Shown piece by piece: positions 37,240 through 47,975 of a stretch of 64,000 bases of DNA. The notes beneath the pieces are model-generated. The model was given only the letters and a program-made list of their open reading frames with translations. It ran no database searches and was not told the origin of the DNA. How positions within the stretch are numbered: the stretch's first letter is position 1; every line of letters starts with the position of its first letter. Source of the DNA: an uncultured Candidatus Saccharibacteria bacterium (GTDB lineage: Bacteria; Patescibacteriota; Saccharimonadia; Saccharimonadales; JACDBH01); contig CAZBAF010000005.1 in NCBI GenBank assembly GCA_964490245.1, positions 3,216-67,215 on the forward strand. Reading direction: 5' to 3'. The position numbers and the translations under genes are program-made.

Positions 37240-38475
37240 ATGGAACTCAAACAGCATCGCTATAGTCAGGCGGTAAAGCGCAAGAGACGCATAGGCTGGC
37301 TGCATCTTCTTGTGGCCGGTATATTTATGCTGACTGCCGGATACACCACCCTGGCTCTGACGGCGCCCGTAGACGGACTGCGTGTTGCGCTGGAAGCGCC
37401 GTATACAAGCGAGCCTGAGCCTGTGCCGATCAGCTGGCCCCGGCAGGGTGCAGCCGCAGTGGGCAGTGCTGATCAGGGCGTATTAGCTACATCCGAAAAC
37501 GCCCAAACGCCTCTGCCGATTGCCAGCATGACAAAAGTTGTGACCGCATTGGCTGTTATGGAGCGCGCGCCTTATCGGCTCGGCGAAACGGGCCGGATGT
37601 TTACGCTGGATGCCGACGATGCGCAGCTTTGGCGTTCGTACCTTGCCCGGGGCGGCTCGGTGTTCCCGGTGCATGCCGGCCAGACGCTTACCCAGCAGCA
37701 GGCTCTGGAGGCGCTGTTGGTGATCTCGGGTAATAATATTGCCGATAGTCTGGCGATAAAACTGTTTGGATCGCTTGATGAATATGTGGCGTTTGCCAAT
37801 AAACTGGTCAGCCAGATCTATGGCTTGCAGCATACAACCATCACAGATGCCAGCGGGTTTTCGCAGGATACGGTCAGTACGCCCGGCGATATGATTCTGA
37901 TTGGTCAAAAGCTGCTTGAGCAGCCCGTGCTGGCGGCAATTGTAGCCAAGCGCCAGGTGAGTCTGCCTGGTATAGGCGTTGTCACCAATACGAACCGCCT
38001 GCTGGCTGATGAGGGTGTGATTGGTGTCAAAACAGGTACGACATATGCGGCGGGTTACTGTCTTTTATTTGCAGCCGACCACGTAGTTGAGGAGGGGGAG
38101 TCAGTCAGGATCATCGGCGTCGTCATGGGCAGCGTGTCTGCGAATGGCCTGCTGGCCGACGCACGTCAGCTGCTTGCCAGCGCCAAACAGGGCTTTGGCC
38201 GGATTGAGGTGGTGCCGGCGGGTGCCAGGTTTGGTTCGGCGCACAGTGAATGGGATCAGTCTGCCTCTTTGGTGACCAAAGAACCGCTGGCAATATTTGG
38301 CTGGAAGGCCGACGCCTATGAGGCTGTCGCCGAGACGGAGGTATTGATGCCGGCAACGCTTGAGTCCGGTCAGCCGGTTGGGCTGGTTCGTGCGCATGGC
38401 ACTACCGTGCAGCTTGTCAGTGACGATGCAGTTACGCGGCCGTCGATTTGGTGGCGTTTGACCAACTATTTTTAA
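37240..38475 (+). CDS. serine-type D-Ala-D-Ala carboxypeptidase (S11, PBP5/DacB-like)
   Basis: SMTK (SxxK) and SGN motifs. The start is moved to the ATG at 37240, before the TM anchor. Confidence 0.8.
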   Translation: MELKQHRYSQAVKRKRRIGWLHLLVAGIFMLTAGYTTLALTAPVDGLRVALEAPYTSEPEPVPISWPRQGAAAVGSADQGVLATSENAQTPLPIASMTKVVTALAVMERAPYRLGETGRMFTLDADDAQLWRSYLARGGSVFPVHAGQTLTQQQALEALLVISGNNIADSLAIKLFGSLDEYVAFANKLVSQIYGLQHTTITDASGFSQDTVSTPGDMILIGQKLLEQPVLAAIVAKRQVSLPGIGVVTNTNRLLADEGVIGVKTGTTYAAGYCLLFAADHVVEEGESVRIIGVVMGSVSANGLLADARQLLASAKQGFGRIEVVPAGARFGSAHSEWDQSASLVTKEPLAIFGWKADAYEAVAETEVLMPATLESGQPVGLVRAHGTTVQLVSDDAVTRPSIWWRLTNYF

Positions 38476-38522
38476 TATGCTTGACGCGCATAATCCGCCT
38501 ATGGTTAGATTGGGTTGTAATT

Positions 38523-39080
38523 ATGGCAAAACAAAAAATTCAAAATAATCCCCTTCAGCACCTTGTGCTGCGTCTAACGCGGGTGCATTTTTTGTACGTT
38601 GCTGCCTATATGCTGGCAATTATTATATTTGACTCGTGGAATCTGCTGGCTCACGAGGCGGTGGTGCAGCGCTGGACATTAGTGGCAGGCCTGCTGTTCG
38701 TTAATATTGCTATATGGTACGCCAGCCGTCTGAAAGTTTCCAATCAGGCTTTTTGTAAGGCGCTGCTTATTACGCTGCTGACAGCTGACATAATTTTTGC
38801 CGCTGTTAATGTGTACTGGCAGCGGGGTATGGCCAGCAAAGAGGTGATGCTGTTTGTGGTGCCGATTATTGCCGCCGGCCTGGCAAGAAGCCGCAGTTTG
38901 CTGCTGGGCGTGACGGCACTGTCGGTCGGAGCATACTCGCTAGCCGCGGTAAAATATTTTCACGAAAATTACGGTCAGGGCTTTCGGGTGCAACTGTATG
39001 GAGAAATATTCTTCTATGGCGCGCTGATGTTTGTGCTGGCTTACATGATGATGATAGGGTTTCGATCGGCAAAAGAGTAG
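38523..39080 (+). CDS. polytopic membrane protein, hypothetical
   Basis: Five or six hydrophobic helices. The start is moved to the ATG at 38523. Confidence 0.55.
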   Translation: MAKQKIQNNPLQHLVLRLTRVHFLYVAAYMLAIIIFDSWNLLAHEAVVQRWTLVAGLLFVNIAIWYASRLKVSNQAFCKALLITLLTADIIFAAVNVYWQRGMASKEVMLFVVPIIAAGLARSRSLLLGVTALSVGAYSLAAVKYFHENYGQGFRVQLYGEIFFYGALMFVLAYMMMIGFRSAKE

Positions 39081-39189
39081 CGGCATAATCAGGGCGCGTT
39101 ACCGCACTGGATATAAGACTGATAAATTTTTCAAGAAAATGTACGTTCCGGTGGTAATCAAAATTGCCGCCTCTGCAGCGCCGATGCTG

Positions 39190-40374
39190 TCACGCAAACA
39201 GATCTAGATCGGCTAAGGCTTCCGGCAAAAATCCCTGCTCATGCTGGAAGCCTGCCTGCCACTGATAGTCTTTACCGTGTCCAAGCTCTTTCATGAGTTT
39301 GGTCGGCGCGTTGCGAAGATGCAGGGGTACGGGCACATCCTGATGCTGTTCGGCTGCTGCTAGAGCCTTGTTCATGGCATCTGTTACTACCCGCGATTTC
39401 CGGGCTTTGGCCAGCACCAGCGCGCAGTGAAACAGGTTGTATTGACACTCCGGCATGCCAATGCGCTCGACTGCCAGAAAGGTGCTGACGGCCAGGTTGA
39501 GCGCCGGCGAGGCCGCAATGCCAACGTCTTCGCTGGCAAAAATAACCATACGGCGTGCAATGAACTTGGGGTCTTCGCCGGCACGCAGCATGCGCGCCAG
39601 ATAGTAGAGCGCGGCATTTGCATCGCTGCCGCGCATGGACTTTATGAAGGCGCTGATAACGTCGTAATGCATGTCGCCCTGTTTGTCATAGCCGGGCAGG
39701 CGTTTTTGGGCCGCTGCCTGAACGACCTCTTTAGTAATCGGACGGCCGCCGCTTAGCTGCAGCGCCAGCTCAAGGGTGCCGAGCGCAACCCGGGCATCAC
39801 CGCCCGAAAGTTCGGCCAACATGTCTAGCGACACTTTGGGCAGGCGTGACTGCCGGATGCCCTCTTGCTTGAGTGCGCGTTTTAAAATAGCCGCTACATT
39901 ATCTTTAGAAAGCGCGTCAAGCACTACCACGCGGCTTCGGCTGAGCAGCGGGTTGATGATTTCAAAGCTTGGGTTTTCGGTAGTCGCCCCAATCAGGGTG
40001 ATGAGACCGCTCTCAACGTGCGGCAAAAAAGCATCCTGCTGAGCTTTGTTAAAGCGGTGAATCTCGTCAACGAACAGCACGGTACGCTGGCCCAGGCGCT
40101 GATTAACACGCGCATCTTCGATGACTTTGACGACATCTTTTTTACCGGCGGTTACCGCGCTCAGCTCAATGAACTCGGCCTCTATTTCCTGGGCGATAAT
40201 CCGCGCCAGTGTGGTCTTGCCGCTGCCGGGCGGCCCCCAAAAGATTAGCGAAAACGGCTGTTTGCTGGCGACCAGTTCGTGCAGCAGCGTGCCTTTTGCC
40301 AGTATATGCTCCTGGCCGACCACTTCCTCGAGTGTCCGGGGCCGCATCCGCTCCGCCAAAGGCATATAACTCAT
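39190..40374 (-). CDS. rarA: replication-associated recombination protein A (AAA+ ATPase)
   Basis: GPPGSGKTT, DEIHRFNK and a MgsA C-terminal domain. Confidence 0.93.
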   Translation of the reverse strand: MSYMPLAERMRPRTLEEVVGQEHILAKGTLLHELVASKQPFSLIFWGPPGSGKTTLARIIAQEIEAEFIELSAVTAGKKDVVKVIEDARVNQRLGQRTVLFVDEIHRFNKAQQDAFLPHVESGLITLIGATTENPSFEIINPLLSRSRVVVLDALSKDNVAAILKRALKQEGIRQSRLPKVSLDMLAELSGGDARVALGTLELALQLSGGRPITKEVVQAAAQKRLPGYDKQGDMHYDVISAFIKSMRGSDANAALYYLARMLRAGEDPKFIARRMVIFASEDVGIAASPALNLAVSTFLAVERIGMPECQYNLFHCALVLAKARKSRVVTDAMNKALAAAEQHQDVPVPLHLRNAPTKLMKELGHGKDYQWQAGFQHEQGFLPEALADLDLFA

Positions 40375-40404
40375 GCCTTTAGTATAGCTTAAGAGCAGGG
40401 CTGT

Positions 40405-41154
40405 CTAGTTGCCAAACGAGCCGAAGCCGCTAAAGTCCGGCATGTCAACCACGGGGGAAGGTTCGGTAATAGGCGCGACCTGATATTCAAAAGTTATGTC
40501 ACTGCTGCCGGCAGAGCTGGTGACGCCTATGCGGCGCAGGCGGTATTCGCTGTCGTCGAACCAGAGCGTGGTGACTTCGTCAGGCGCGCTTGAGTCAGTT
40601 ATGGTGTATTTAAAGCAGGTCAGGTTACCGCAGGCTTCTTTGCCGTCTTTGGTAAGAGTGGTCGTGTCTTTGGCGGCTTCAGACTCGAAATCAAAATCCA
40701 TTCCTATTTCTTCTGACGGGTCAGAAAGAATATCCTCGCTGGTGTCACTAGTAGACTTCATCCAGCTGCCGTCTTCAACATTCTTCATGTAACTGGTGTT
40801 GCCGATGGAGATAAAACCGGACTCTTCGGCGCCGTCGCGGGTGGTGACCATGCGCGTGTTTCCATTCCCGTCTGTTTCCATTACGGTGACAGAATTAACA
40901 TCGCTTGAACGGATGGTCATCTTTTGTTCACCGCCGTACGTCCAGCTACTGGCAAAGCGGCAAAAGTCTTTATCATTAAAGTGCTTTTCACACTCAGACT
41001 GCGCGGCAGTGTTTCGGACGGTCGTACCGTTGTCTGACTTATCCTTATTGCGGTTGAGGACATAGTACCCGGCGCCGGCAATGCCCAACAGCAGCACCAG
41101 AATAATCACTATTTCAACGACGCCAAGCCCGCGTTGGTTTTTGTGTAATTTCAT
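40405..41154 (-). CDS. type IV pilin-like (prepilin-type N-terminus) protein
   Basis: The N-terminus KNQRGLGVVEIVIILVLLLGIAG has a Gly and then a Glu at +5, followed by a hydrophobic helix. Confidence 0.6.
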   Translation of the reverse strand: MKLHKNQRGLGVVEIVIILVLLLGIAGAGYYVLNRNKDKSDNGTTVRNTAAQSECEKHFNDKDFCRFASSWTYGGEQKMTIRSSDVNSVTVMETDGNGNTRMVTTRDGAEESGFISIGNTSYMKNVEDGSWMKSTSDTSEDILSDPSEEIGMDFDFESEAAKDTTTLTKDGKEACGNLTCFKYTITDSSAPDEVTTLWFDDSEYRLRRIGVTSSAGSSDITFEYQVAPITEPSPVVDMPDFSGFGSFGN

Positions 41155-41271
41155 AACACCCCCTAGTTTATGCTTATGGTTGAGCCCATTATCTGGCTTT
41201 GCTTTTGGTAAGTCAATGACGTTTGTGTTTTTACGTCCGCTTCGTTATAGTGAAAGTGCTTAACAACCTAA

Positions 41272-41384
41272 ATATCAAGAGTGCAGCGAGAGTCCTAGCT
41301 CTGTGACCTGCCAGCAACCTGCTTAATAAGGCGAAGCCGTAAGTAAGGTGCTTCATCTAGCCGCCTGTATGGGTGGAAAGATAT
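41272..41384 (+). promoter_or_regulatory. SAM riboswitch (SAM-I clan) upstream of metK
   Basis: aUAUCAAGAG...GAGAG...GCAACC...AAGGUGC...aaGAUAU, with P1 pairing auauc/gauau. The downstream hairpin tatcctttc/gaaaggata plus T-run (41394-41429) covers the RBS. Confidence 0.65.
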
Positions 41385-41429
41385 GTTTTCTCGTATCCTT
41401 TCAGCTATATAGGCAGAAAGGATATTTTT

Positions 41430-42419
41430 ATGTCAAAACCAATTTACAGAACTGCAGAGTCGGTAAGTCCAAGGCACCCGGACAAAATCTGCGATCAACT
41501 ATCGGATGCGATTTTGGACGCATACCTGGCAGAAGATCCTGATGCGCGTGTGGCTGTCGAGGCTGTCGGCGGACACGGCAAAGTATTTGTGACGGGTGAG
41601 GTGACTAGCATTGCACATCCGAACATAGAGCCCATCATCAAGCGCATCGCAGGCGAGAATATTGAAGCAGAAGTGCGGTTGGTCAGGCAGAGTCCGGAGA
41701 TTGCGCAGGGCGTTGACATAGGCGGCGCTGGCGACCAAGGCATAATGGTAGGCTATGCTACGGATGAGACTCCGGAACTTTTGCCGCTTGAAGTTGTGCT
41801 AAGTAGAAAACTCAACCAACACCTTTACAGTATCTGGCCGCATGACGGCAAAACGCAGGTAACGCTCAAGAATGGCATTATCCAATCGGCTGTTGCCAGC
41901 TTTCAGCACGCGTCAGGACGTGAGCTGAGGAAAGCGGTTGCCAGGTGGCTAGAGGAAAACGGGTATGACCCCGGCAACGTTGAAATACACGCCAACCCGG
42001 CGGGCGATTGGCAGCAGGGCGGGTTTGACGCTGATACTGGCCTGACTGGACGTAAACTGGTGGTTGATAATTATGGTCCCCGGGTCCCAATTGGGGGTGG
42101 CTGTTTCAGCGGCAAAGACCCGAGCAAAGTCGACCGTTCGGCAGCCTACATGGCGCGTAAGGTTGCGGTAGATTACTTGAAAAAGCATGACGCCAAAGAA
42201 GTCTTTGTATACCTTGCCTATGCCATCGGCTACGCCCAGCCGCTTGAGGCGACGGTCATTATTGACGGCAGGCACGAAGAAATCAAGGGCTATGATTTGA
42301 CGCCGCGCGGGATAATCCAGGCCCTGGAACTGAGGCGCCCGATTTACGAACAGACTGCCAGGTACGGGCATTTTGGGCACGCCGGGTTACCGTGGGAGGA
42401 TGCTATACTCAAAGCATGA
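41430..42419 (+). CDS. metK: S-adenosylmethionine synthetase (short, 329 aa)
   Basis: [22 protein letters not shown]...[12 protein letters not shown]...[19 protein letters not shown]. Confidence 0.9.
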   Translation: MSKPIYRTAESVSPRHPDKICDQLSDAILDAYLAEDPDARVAVEAVGGHGKVFVTGEVTSIAHPNIEPIIKRIAGENIEAEVRLVRQSPEIAQGVDIGGAGDQGIMVGYATDETPELLPLEVVLSRKLNQHLYSIWPHDGKTQVTLKNGIIQSAVASFQHASGRELRKAVARWLEENGYDPGNVEIHANPAGDWQQGGFDADTGLTGRKLVVDNYGPRVPIGGGCFSGKDPSKVDRSAAYMARKVAVDYLKKHDAKEVFVYLAYAIGYAQPLEATVIIDGRHEEIKGYDLTPRGIIQALELRRPIYEQTARYGHFGHAGLPWEDAILKA

Positions 42420-43318
42420 GCAAAGACACCAGCCTCGTTATCGAGGTTAAAAATTTAGTTAAAACTTTTGGAAAAACAAAGGCGTTGGACGGGCTGGACC
42501 TGGCAGTCGTACCGGGCGAGGTGCACGGCTTTTTGGGGCCAAACGGCTCCGGTAAATCCACTACCATCCGCGTGCTTTTGGGTCTGCTTCAAAAAACCAG
42601 CGGGCATGCTGTCCTGATGGGCGGTGATCCGTGGAAAGACGCGGTAAAGCTTCACAGAAACCTGGCGTATGTGCCGGGGGATGTAAATCTGTGGCCAAAC
42701 CTCACGGGCGGCGAGTCAATTGATTTGCTGGGCAGTTTGCGCGGGGGGTTGGATAAAAAGCGGCGGGCCGACCTGCTAAAACGGTTCCAGTTGGATCCGC
42801 GTAAGAAATTCCGCACCTACAGCAAAGGCAACCGGCAGAAAGTGGCGCTAGTTGCGGCGCTGGCAAGCGACGTCGATCTGTATATTTTGGACGAGCCAAC
42901 CTCGGGGCTTGACCCGCTGATGGAGGCGGTGTTTCAGGATTGTATCCGTGAGCTAAAAGCGCGCGGTAAGACAGTACTGCTTTCAAGTCATATCCTCGCT
43001 GAAGTGGAGGCTCTATGTGACCGCGTGACCATCATCCGGAATGGCAAGAATATCCAATCGGGCTCGCTTGACGACCTGCGCAAGCTGCACAGGACGGCGT
43101 TTAAAGTCCAGACCGAGAAGAAAATGCCGCACCTTAAGACCAAAGGCATCTCAAACTTCACGATTACCAATGACGGGTTCGGGGCGGAATTTGATGCGGA
43201 GAGCGAGGCTTTGGACGTGGTGCTGGCAGAACTGACAAAACTGAACGTGCGCGCGCTCACCAGCCATCCGCCGACACTTGAGGAATTATTCCTCTCGCAT
43301 TACGAGGATAAAAAATGA
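42416..43318 (+). CDS. ABC transporter ATP-binding protein (ABC-2/DrrA-like)
   Basis: Walker [10 protein letters not shown], signature YSKGNRQK and Walker [13 protein letters not shown]. The start overlaps the metK stop (ATGA). Confidence 0.9.
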   Translation: MSKDTSLVIEVKNLVKTFGKTKALDGLDLAVVPGEVHGFLGPNGSGKSTTIRVLLGLLQKTSGHAVLMGGDPWKDAVKLHRNLAYVPGDVNLWPNLTGGESIDLLGSLRGGLDKKRRADLLKRFQLDPRKKFRTYSKGNRQKVALVAALASDVDLYILDEPTSGLDPLMEAVFQDCIRELKARGKTVLLSSHILAEVEALCDRVTIIRNGKNIQSGSLDDLRKLHRTAFKVQTEKKMPHLKTKGISNFTITNDGFGAEFDAESEALDVVLAELTKLNVRALTSHPPTLEELFLSHYEDKK

Positions 43319-43349
43319 CGGGTCTGTCGGCAGTAATGGGAGTCAAGCG

Positions 43350-44981
43350 ATGAATGCATTCACCGGCATGTGGCGATTGCTGCGTTTGGCTATTCGGCGC
43401 GACCGTGTCAAATTAGCTGTCATACTATTAGTTTTGACGGCGATATTCGCTTCGTCTGTTTCGGCAACCATTGATTTTTACGGCAAAAGCCAGGAAGACA
43501 CTGTCAAGTACGTTATGACTGCTGCGCCAAGTGTGGTTTCGCGTGTCTTTAGCGGACCGATCGGCGGGGCAAATATAGGCGCAGTGGTCCTGAATGAAAC
43601 ATTTGTGATGATGATAATTGCTACCTCATTCACGAGCACCATGGCGGTGGTTAGGCATACGCGGCAAAACGAAGAGCAGGGACGGTCAGAGCTGATTGAA
43701 TCAGGCGTGACCGGGCGATACGCCAGTATCAGCGCGGCGCTGATTACGGCACTCATTTTCAACCTGCTTGTTGCGGCAATGATGGCTGCGGTTCTGATTG
43801 GCTATAAGTTGCCTGTATCTGGTTCGCTTGCGGCCGGAGCGGCTGTGGCGGCAACCGGGATGGTCTTTGCCGGGATTGCCGCCGTCGCGTCTCAGTTGGC
43901 TGATAGCGCACGCGGCGCCAATGCCTACAGTGCGCTTGCCATCGGGGCTGCCTTCATAGTGCGCGCCATCGGTGATGTCGGCGGTTCGCTTGCGCCGGAC
44001 GGGTTGTCGGTTTCAAGCTCTTTTCTATCCTGGCTCAGCCCCTTTGGCTGGGCGCAGCAGATATTCCCTTTCAACGCCTTAAGGGTTTGGATTTTCTGGC
44101 TGTTCGCCGGTTTGTTTATTGTGGCGGTGGCGACAGCGGTGGCGCTGATGTCGAAGCGAGATATCGGTATGGGTATGATATCCACCCGCCCGGGTCCGGC
44201 GGCAGCAAAGCCGTCATTACTCAGCCTTTTCGGGCTTGCGCGGCGGTTGCAGCGCGGCATTTTGCGTGGCTGGGCGATTGCGATTGTGGTGTTCAGCGCA
44301 TTGTTTGGCATTACGGTGAAGGAATTCGAAAGTTTCCTGGCGGAAAACGAAGACATGAAAGCCGCCTTAAGCCAGTTCGGCACCGGTAATAACTATCATG
44401 ATATTTTTCTGGCGGTGCTTATCAGTATGATGGCGATACTTATTTCCGGATATGCGGTGCAGGCGTTACTGAGGATGCGCAGCGAAGAATCAGGCGGGCA
44501 ACTGGAGTCGGTTTTGGCCGGCAGCGCGAGCCGGTATCGCTGGCTCTTGAGTCATATCGGCTACATATTTGGCGGTGTCGTAGTGCTATTGGTATTAATG
44601 TCACTTAGCATGGGTTTGTCATATATGATATCGGTCGGCGCTTCAATAGGTGAGCTGTGGCGTATCATCGGCGCGGCGATAGTGCAGGGTGCAGCGATTG
44701 TTGCCTTCAGCGGCTTTGTGGTAGCTGTCTTTGCAGTGTTGCCGCGTGCCGCGGTTGCCGTGGCGTGGGGTGGCTTGGCTGCGAGTCTTATGATTGTGCA
44801 ATTGGGATCGCTTTTAAAGCTGCCGCAATGGTTTATGAATATATCACCGTTTATACATTTGCCTGCCATGCCGGCCAGCGACTTTAAGCTAGCGCCCGTA
44901 ATCTGGCTGCTCGCTATCGGGCTGGGCTTATTGGCTGGCGGTTTAGTCTGGTTAGGGCGCAGGGACATAGCGACAGGGTAA
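43350..44981 (+). CDS. ABC-2 type exporter permease (12-TM, fused)
   Basis: A highly hydrophobic 543-aa protein directly after the ATPase gene. Confidence 0.75.
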   Translation: MNAFTGMWRLLRLAIRRDRVKLAVILLVLTAIFASSVSATIDFYGKSQEDTVKYVMTAAPSVVSRVFSGPIGGANIGAVVLNETFVMMIIATSFTSTMAVVRHTRQNEEQGRSELIESGVTGRYASISAALITALIFNLLVAAMMAAVLIGYKLPVSGSLAAGAAVAATGMVFAGIAAVASQLADSARGANAYSALAIGAAFIVRAIGDVGGSLAPDGLSVSSSFLSWLSPFGWAQQIFPFNALRVWIFWLFAGLFIVAVATAVALMSKRDIGMGMISTRPGPAAAKPSLLSLFGLARRLQRGILRGWAIAIVVFSALFGITVKEFESFLAENEDMKAALSQFGTGNNYHDIFLAVLISMMAILISGYAVQALLRMRSEESGGQLESVLAGSASRYRWLLSHIGYIFGGVVVLLVLMSLSMGLSYMISVGASIGELWRIIGAAIVQGAAIVAFSGFVVAVFAVLPRAAVAVAWGGLAASLMIVQLGSLLKLPQWFMNISPFIHLPAMPASDFKLAPVIWLLAIGLGLLAGGLVWLGRRDIATG

Positions 44982-45052
44982 TTTCTCTCCCTCTATCAGG
45001 TATGGTTATCCATGTCCGTTGAGTAAATCTTTCAAAGGGGCATAATGGAGGT

Positions 45053-45613
45053 ATGTCTAAAAGCCGTATAGACGAAGCGTTTAAAGCAGTGCCAAGAGCG
45101 GCGTTTCTGCCGGACGATAGGCGGCATCTGGCCTCTGCAGACTTGCCGATCGGGATCGGGTTCGGCCAAACCAACAGCCAGCCTACAACTGTCAGGATGA
45201 TGCTTGAGTGGTTGGATGTGCGTCCGGGTGACAATGTGCTTGATGTCGGGTCAGGTTCCGGCTGGACGACGGCGCTGCTCGGCTACCTGACGGGCAGTAA
45301 GGGCAAGGTGACGGCCGTTGAGGTCATTCCTGAGCTTCTGGAGTTTGGCAGGAAGAATTGCGAACAGTTGGGTATTAAGAATGTCGAATTCCGCCAGCCG
45401 GGCGATTGCTTCGGCTGGCCTGACAATGCGCCGTACGACCGCATACTCGTCAGTGCCGCCGCGAGAGAACTGCCGCCCGGACTGGGCCGGCAGCTGGCAC
45501 CCGGTGGCCGCGCGGTTATACCTGTAAAGTCGAGTATTTGGATATTGAATAAGACCAAAAAAGGGCTTACCGGACAGGAGATGCCCGGCTTTGCTTTTGT
45601 GCCGCTTAAATAA
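45053..45613 (+). CDS. pcm: protein-L-isoaspartate O-methyltransferase
   Basis: VLDVGSGSGW SAM motif and the ...QPTTVRMMLE... pattern. Confidence 0.8.
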   Translation: MSKSRIDEAFKAVPRAAFLPDDRRHLASADLPIGIGFGQTNSQPTTVRMMLEWLDVRPGDNVLDVGSGSGWTTALLGYLTGSKGKVTAVEVIPELLEFGRKNCEQLGIKNVEFRQPGDCFGWPDNAPYDRILVSAAARELPPGLGRQLAPGGRAVIPVKSSIWILNKTKKGLTGQEMPGFAFVPLK

Positions 45614-45724
45614 CGGACTATCTAAAGAAAACCAGGCTGGGAACATAAATTTTTTGCCTATACTCAGCGATTATGCTAAAATATGTTCAAGATTCTAGCA
45701 AATAATCACGAAGGACAGGCGGGC

Positions 45725-45787
45725 TATGGCTTCGCACGTGCAGGATTCCGGTAAAATTCGAAACATTGCAGTTATCGCCCATGTTGA
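45725..45787 (+). pseudogene. remnant of a second typA 5' end
   Basis: It encodes MASHVQDSGKIRNIAVIAHVE, against MAVSVQDPSKIRNIAVIAHVD for the real typA. Nucleotide differences are largely synonymous, and the frame breaks after the AHV codons. Confidence 0.65.
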
Positions 45788-45877
45788 GCGCATTGCTTTT
45801 GAGACACCCCTTCGGGGTTTCTCAACGCGCCGGCAAAATGAAATACATTTTGTCGGGCTGCTCTTCCCGACAGGAGT

Positions 45878-47713
45878 ATGGCTGTGAGTGTCCAAGACCC
45901 ATCCAAGATACGTAATATTGCAGTTATAGCTCATGTTGATCATGGCAAGACGACGCTTGTTGATGGCCTGCTCAAGCAGTCCCAGACTTTCCGCGACAAT
46001 CAGGCAGAGATGGGCCAGGAGCTCCTGATGGACAGCGACGATCAGGAGCGAGAACGCGGTATTACGATTACCGCCAAAGTAACAGCTGTACAGCATGGCG
46101 AGTATCGTATCAATATTATTGACACGCCAGGCCACGCTGACTTTAGCGGCGAGGTCGAGCGCACCCTCAATATGGCTGACGGCTGTTTGCTAATTGTTGA
46201 TGCGCAGGAGGGTCCGATGCCTCAGACCAAGTTTGTGCTGTCAAAGGCGCTTGGTGCCGGACTGCAGCCCATCGTTATTATCAATAAAATAGACAAACCA
46301 GGCGCCCGCATTAAAGCGGTCGAAGACGAGCTGTCGGATCTCTTTTTGGAGCTGGCAATACATGAGGATCAGTTGCGCTATCCGGTCTACTATGCAGTCG
46401 GCCGGCTTGGCAAAGCCTGGTCCATAGCGCCGCAGGATTTTGAGCAGCAGGCTGATTTTGGGCCGATTTTTGATGCCATAGTCACGCAGATTCCGGCGCC
46501 CCGGGTCGAGCTTGAAAAGCCGTTTCAGATGCTGGTCACCGCACTGGCGTGGGATAATTTTAAAGGTAAGTACGCAATCGGACGGATTGCGCGCGGTCAG
46601 GTTAAGGCGGGCGATCACGTCGCTTTATGCAGGAAGGATGGATCCGTCCTCAAGACCAAAGTTGACACAGTGTATATGAGCCGCGGCCTTAACAGGTTTG
46701 AGGTTGATGGCGGAATCGCCGGTGACATTGTTCAGCTAACCGGCATTGCCGAGGCACAGATTGGTGAGACGCTTGCCGATGCAAATATGCCTGAGGCGTT
46801 GCCGGTGCTGGAGGTTGAAGCCCCGACGCTCAGGATTTATCTTGGCCCCAACACCAGCCCGCTTAAGGGCAAAGAGGGCGAGTTTACCACTTCGCGGCAA
46901 ATCAGCGAGCGCCTGCAAAAAGAGCTTGAGACCAATGTCGGCCTGCGGGTAGAAGAGGACGGCATCGGCTTTTTAGTGTCGGGCCGCGGTGAGCTGCACC
47001 TCAGCGTCCTGATCGAGACCATGCGCCGCGAAGGCTTTGAGATGGAAGTCGGCCGCCCGCAGGTGGTAACACGTGAAGAAAACGGGCAGACAGTGGAACC
47101 GGTCGAAGAAGTCATTGCCGAGGTGCCGGCCGAGCATGTCGGTGCGGTTCAGATGGAGCTGGGCCGCCGCCGCGCCGAACTGGTCGAACAGTTCAGTTCG
47201 CCCAAAGGTGTCACCAGACTGGTGTATAAAATGCCGACCCGCGCCTTGCTGGGTGCGCGCAACATCCTGCTGACGGCCACAAAGGGCACCATTATCATGA
47301 ACAGTTTGCTGGATTCGTACGCGCCACTGGGTACGCCGCTCGAGCAGTTGCGCAATGGTGTGCTGATTGCCTGGGAGGCCGGTGTCAGCACCCCTTATGC
47401 GCTGCAAAATGCCGAAGAGCGCGGCATCCTGTTTGTCGGTCCGGGCGAACCTATCTATGCCGGGCAGATTGTCGGTCTGAACGGCCGCAATGACGATCTT
47501 GAGGTTAATGTCTGTAAAGAAAAACACCTCACCAATATGCGCAGCAAATCATCGGACGGCGTCGTGCAGCTGACCCCGCCGACCATACTTAGTCTGGAGC
47601 AGTGTCTGGACTTTATCGAAAACGACGAGCTGCTGGAGGTGACACCAAAGTCACTGCGCCTCAGAAAGCGCGAGCTCGATCACAACAAGCGCAAGCGCGC
47701 CGCCAAAGGCTAG
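45878..47713 (+). CDS. typA: translational GTPase TypA/BipA
   Basis: AHVDHGKTT, DTPGH, NKID, 611 aa. Confidence 0.95.
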   Translation: MAVSVQDPSKIRNIAVIAHVDHGKTTLVDGLLKQSQTFRDNQAEMGQELLMDSDDQERERGITITAKVTAVQHGEYRINIIDTPGHADFSGEVERTLNMADGCLLIVDAQEGPMPQTKFVLSKALGAGLQPIVIINKIDKPGARIKAVEDELSDLFLELAIHEDQLRYPVYYAVGRLGKAWSIAPQDFEQQADFGPIFDAIVTQIPAPRVELEKPFQMLVTALAWDNFKGKYAIGRIARGQVKAGDHVALCRKDGSVLKTKVDTVYMSRGLNRFEVDGGIAGDIVQLTGIAEAQIGETLADANMPEALPVLEVEAPTLRIYLGPNTSPLKGKEGEFTTSRQISERLQKELETNVGLRVEEDGIGFLVSGRGELHLSVLIETMRREGFEMEVGRPQVVTREENGQTVEPVEEVIAEVPAEHVGAVQMELGRRRAELVEQFSSPKGVTRLVYKMPTRALLGARNILLTATKGTIIMNSLLDSYAPLGTPLEQLRNGVLIAWEAGVSTPYALQNAEERGILFVGPGEPIYAGQIVGLNGRNDDLEVNVCKEKHLTNMRSKSSDGVVQLTPPTILSLEQCLDFIENDELLEVTPKSLRLRKRELDHNKRKRAAKG

Positions 47714-47975
47714 GATCATCCTGTGTGCCGGGCCAAACCCGTCAGATTTCTCTATCAGACTTTCAAAAACGCGCTCTCTTAGGCGCAGCGGCAGTTATGG
47801 GCGGATATCCCGCCTGTGTTTTTATGTCCCTGCCGATATCCTGAATGCATTTCAGGGCATCGGTAGAGTGCAGAGTAAATGAAGGGTCAGGTGGTGCGGG
47901 GCGGGGTTGCGGCAAAAGCCATGAACATCCGGCCTTTGCCAGCAACCCCTCGGCACCCTCGGACCTGCCTGCGGC

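Noticed and set aside
45695-46135. A 146-aa minus-strand ORF across the typA start region.
   Set aside because: It is antisense to typA and to the typA 5' remnant. The region is better explained by the duplicated typA start.
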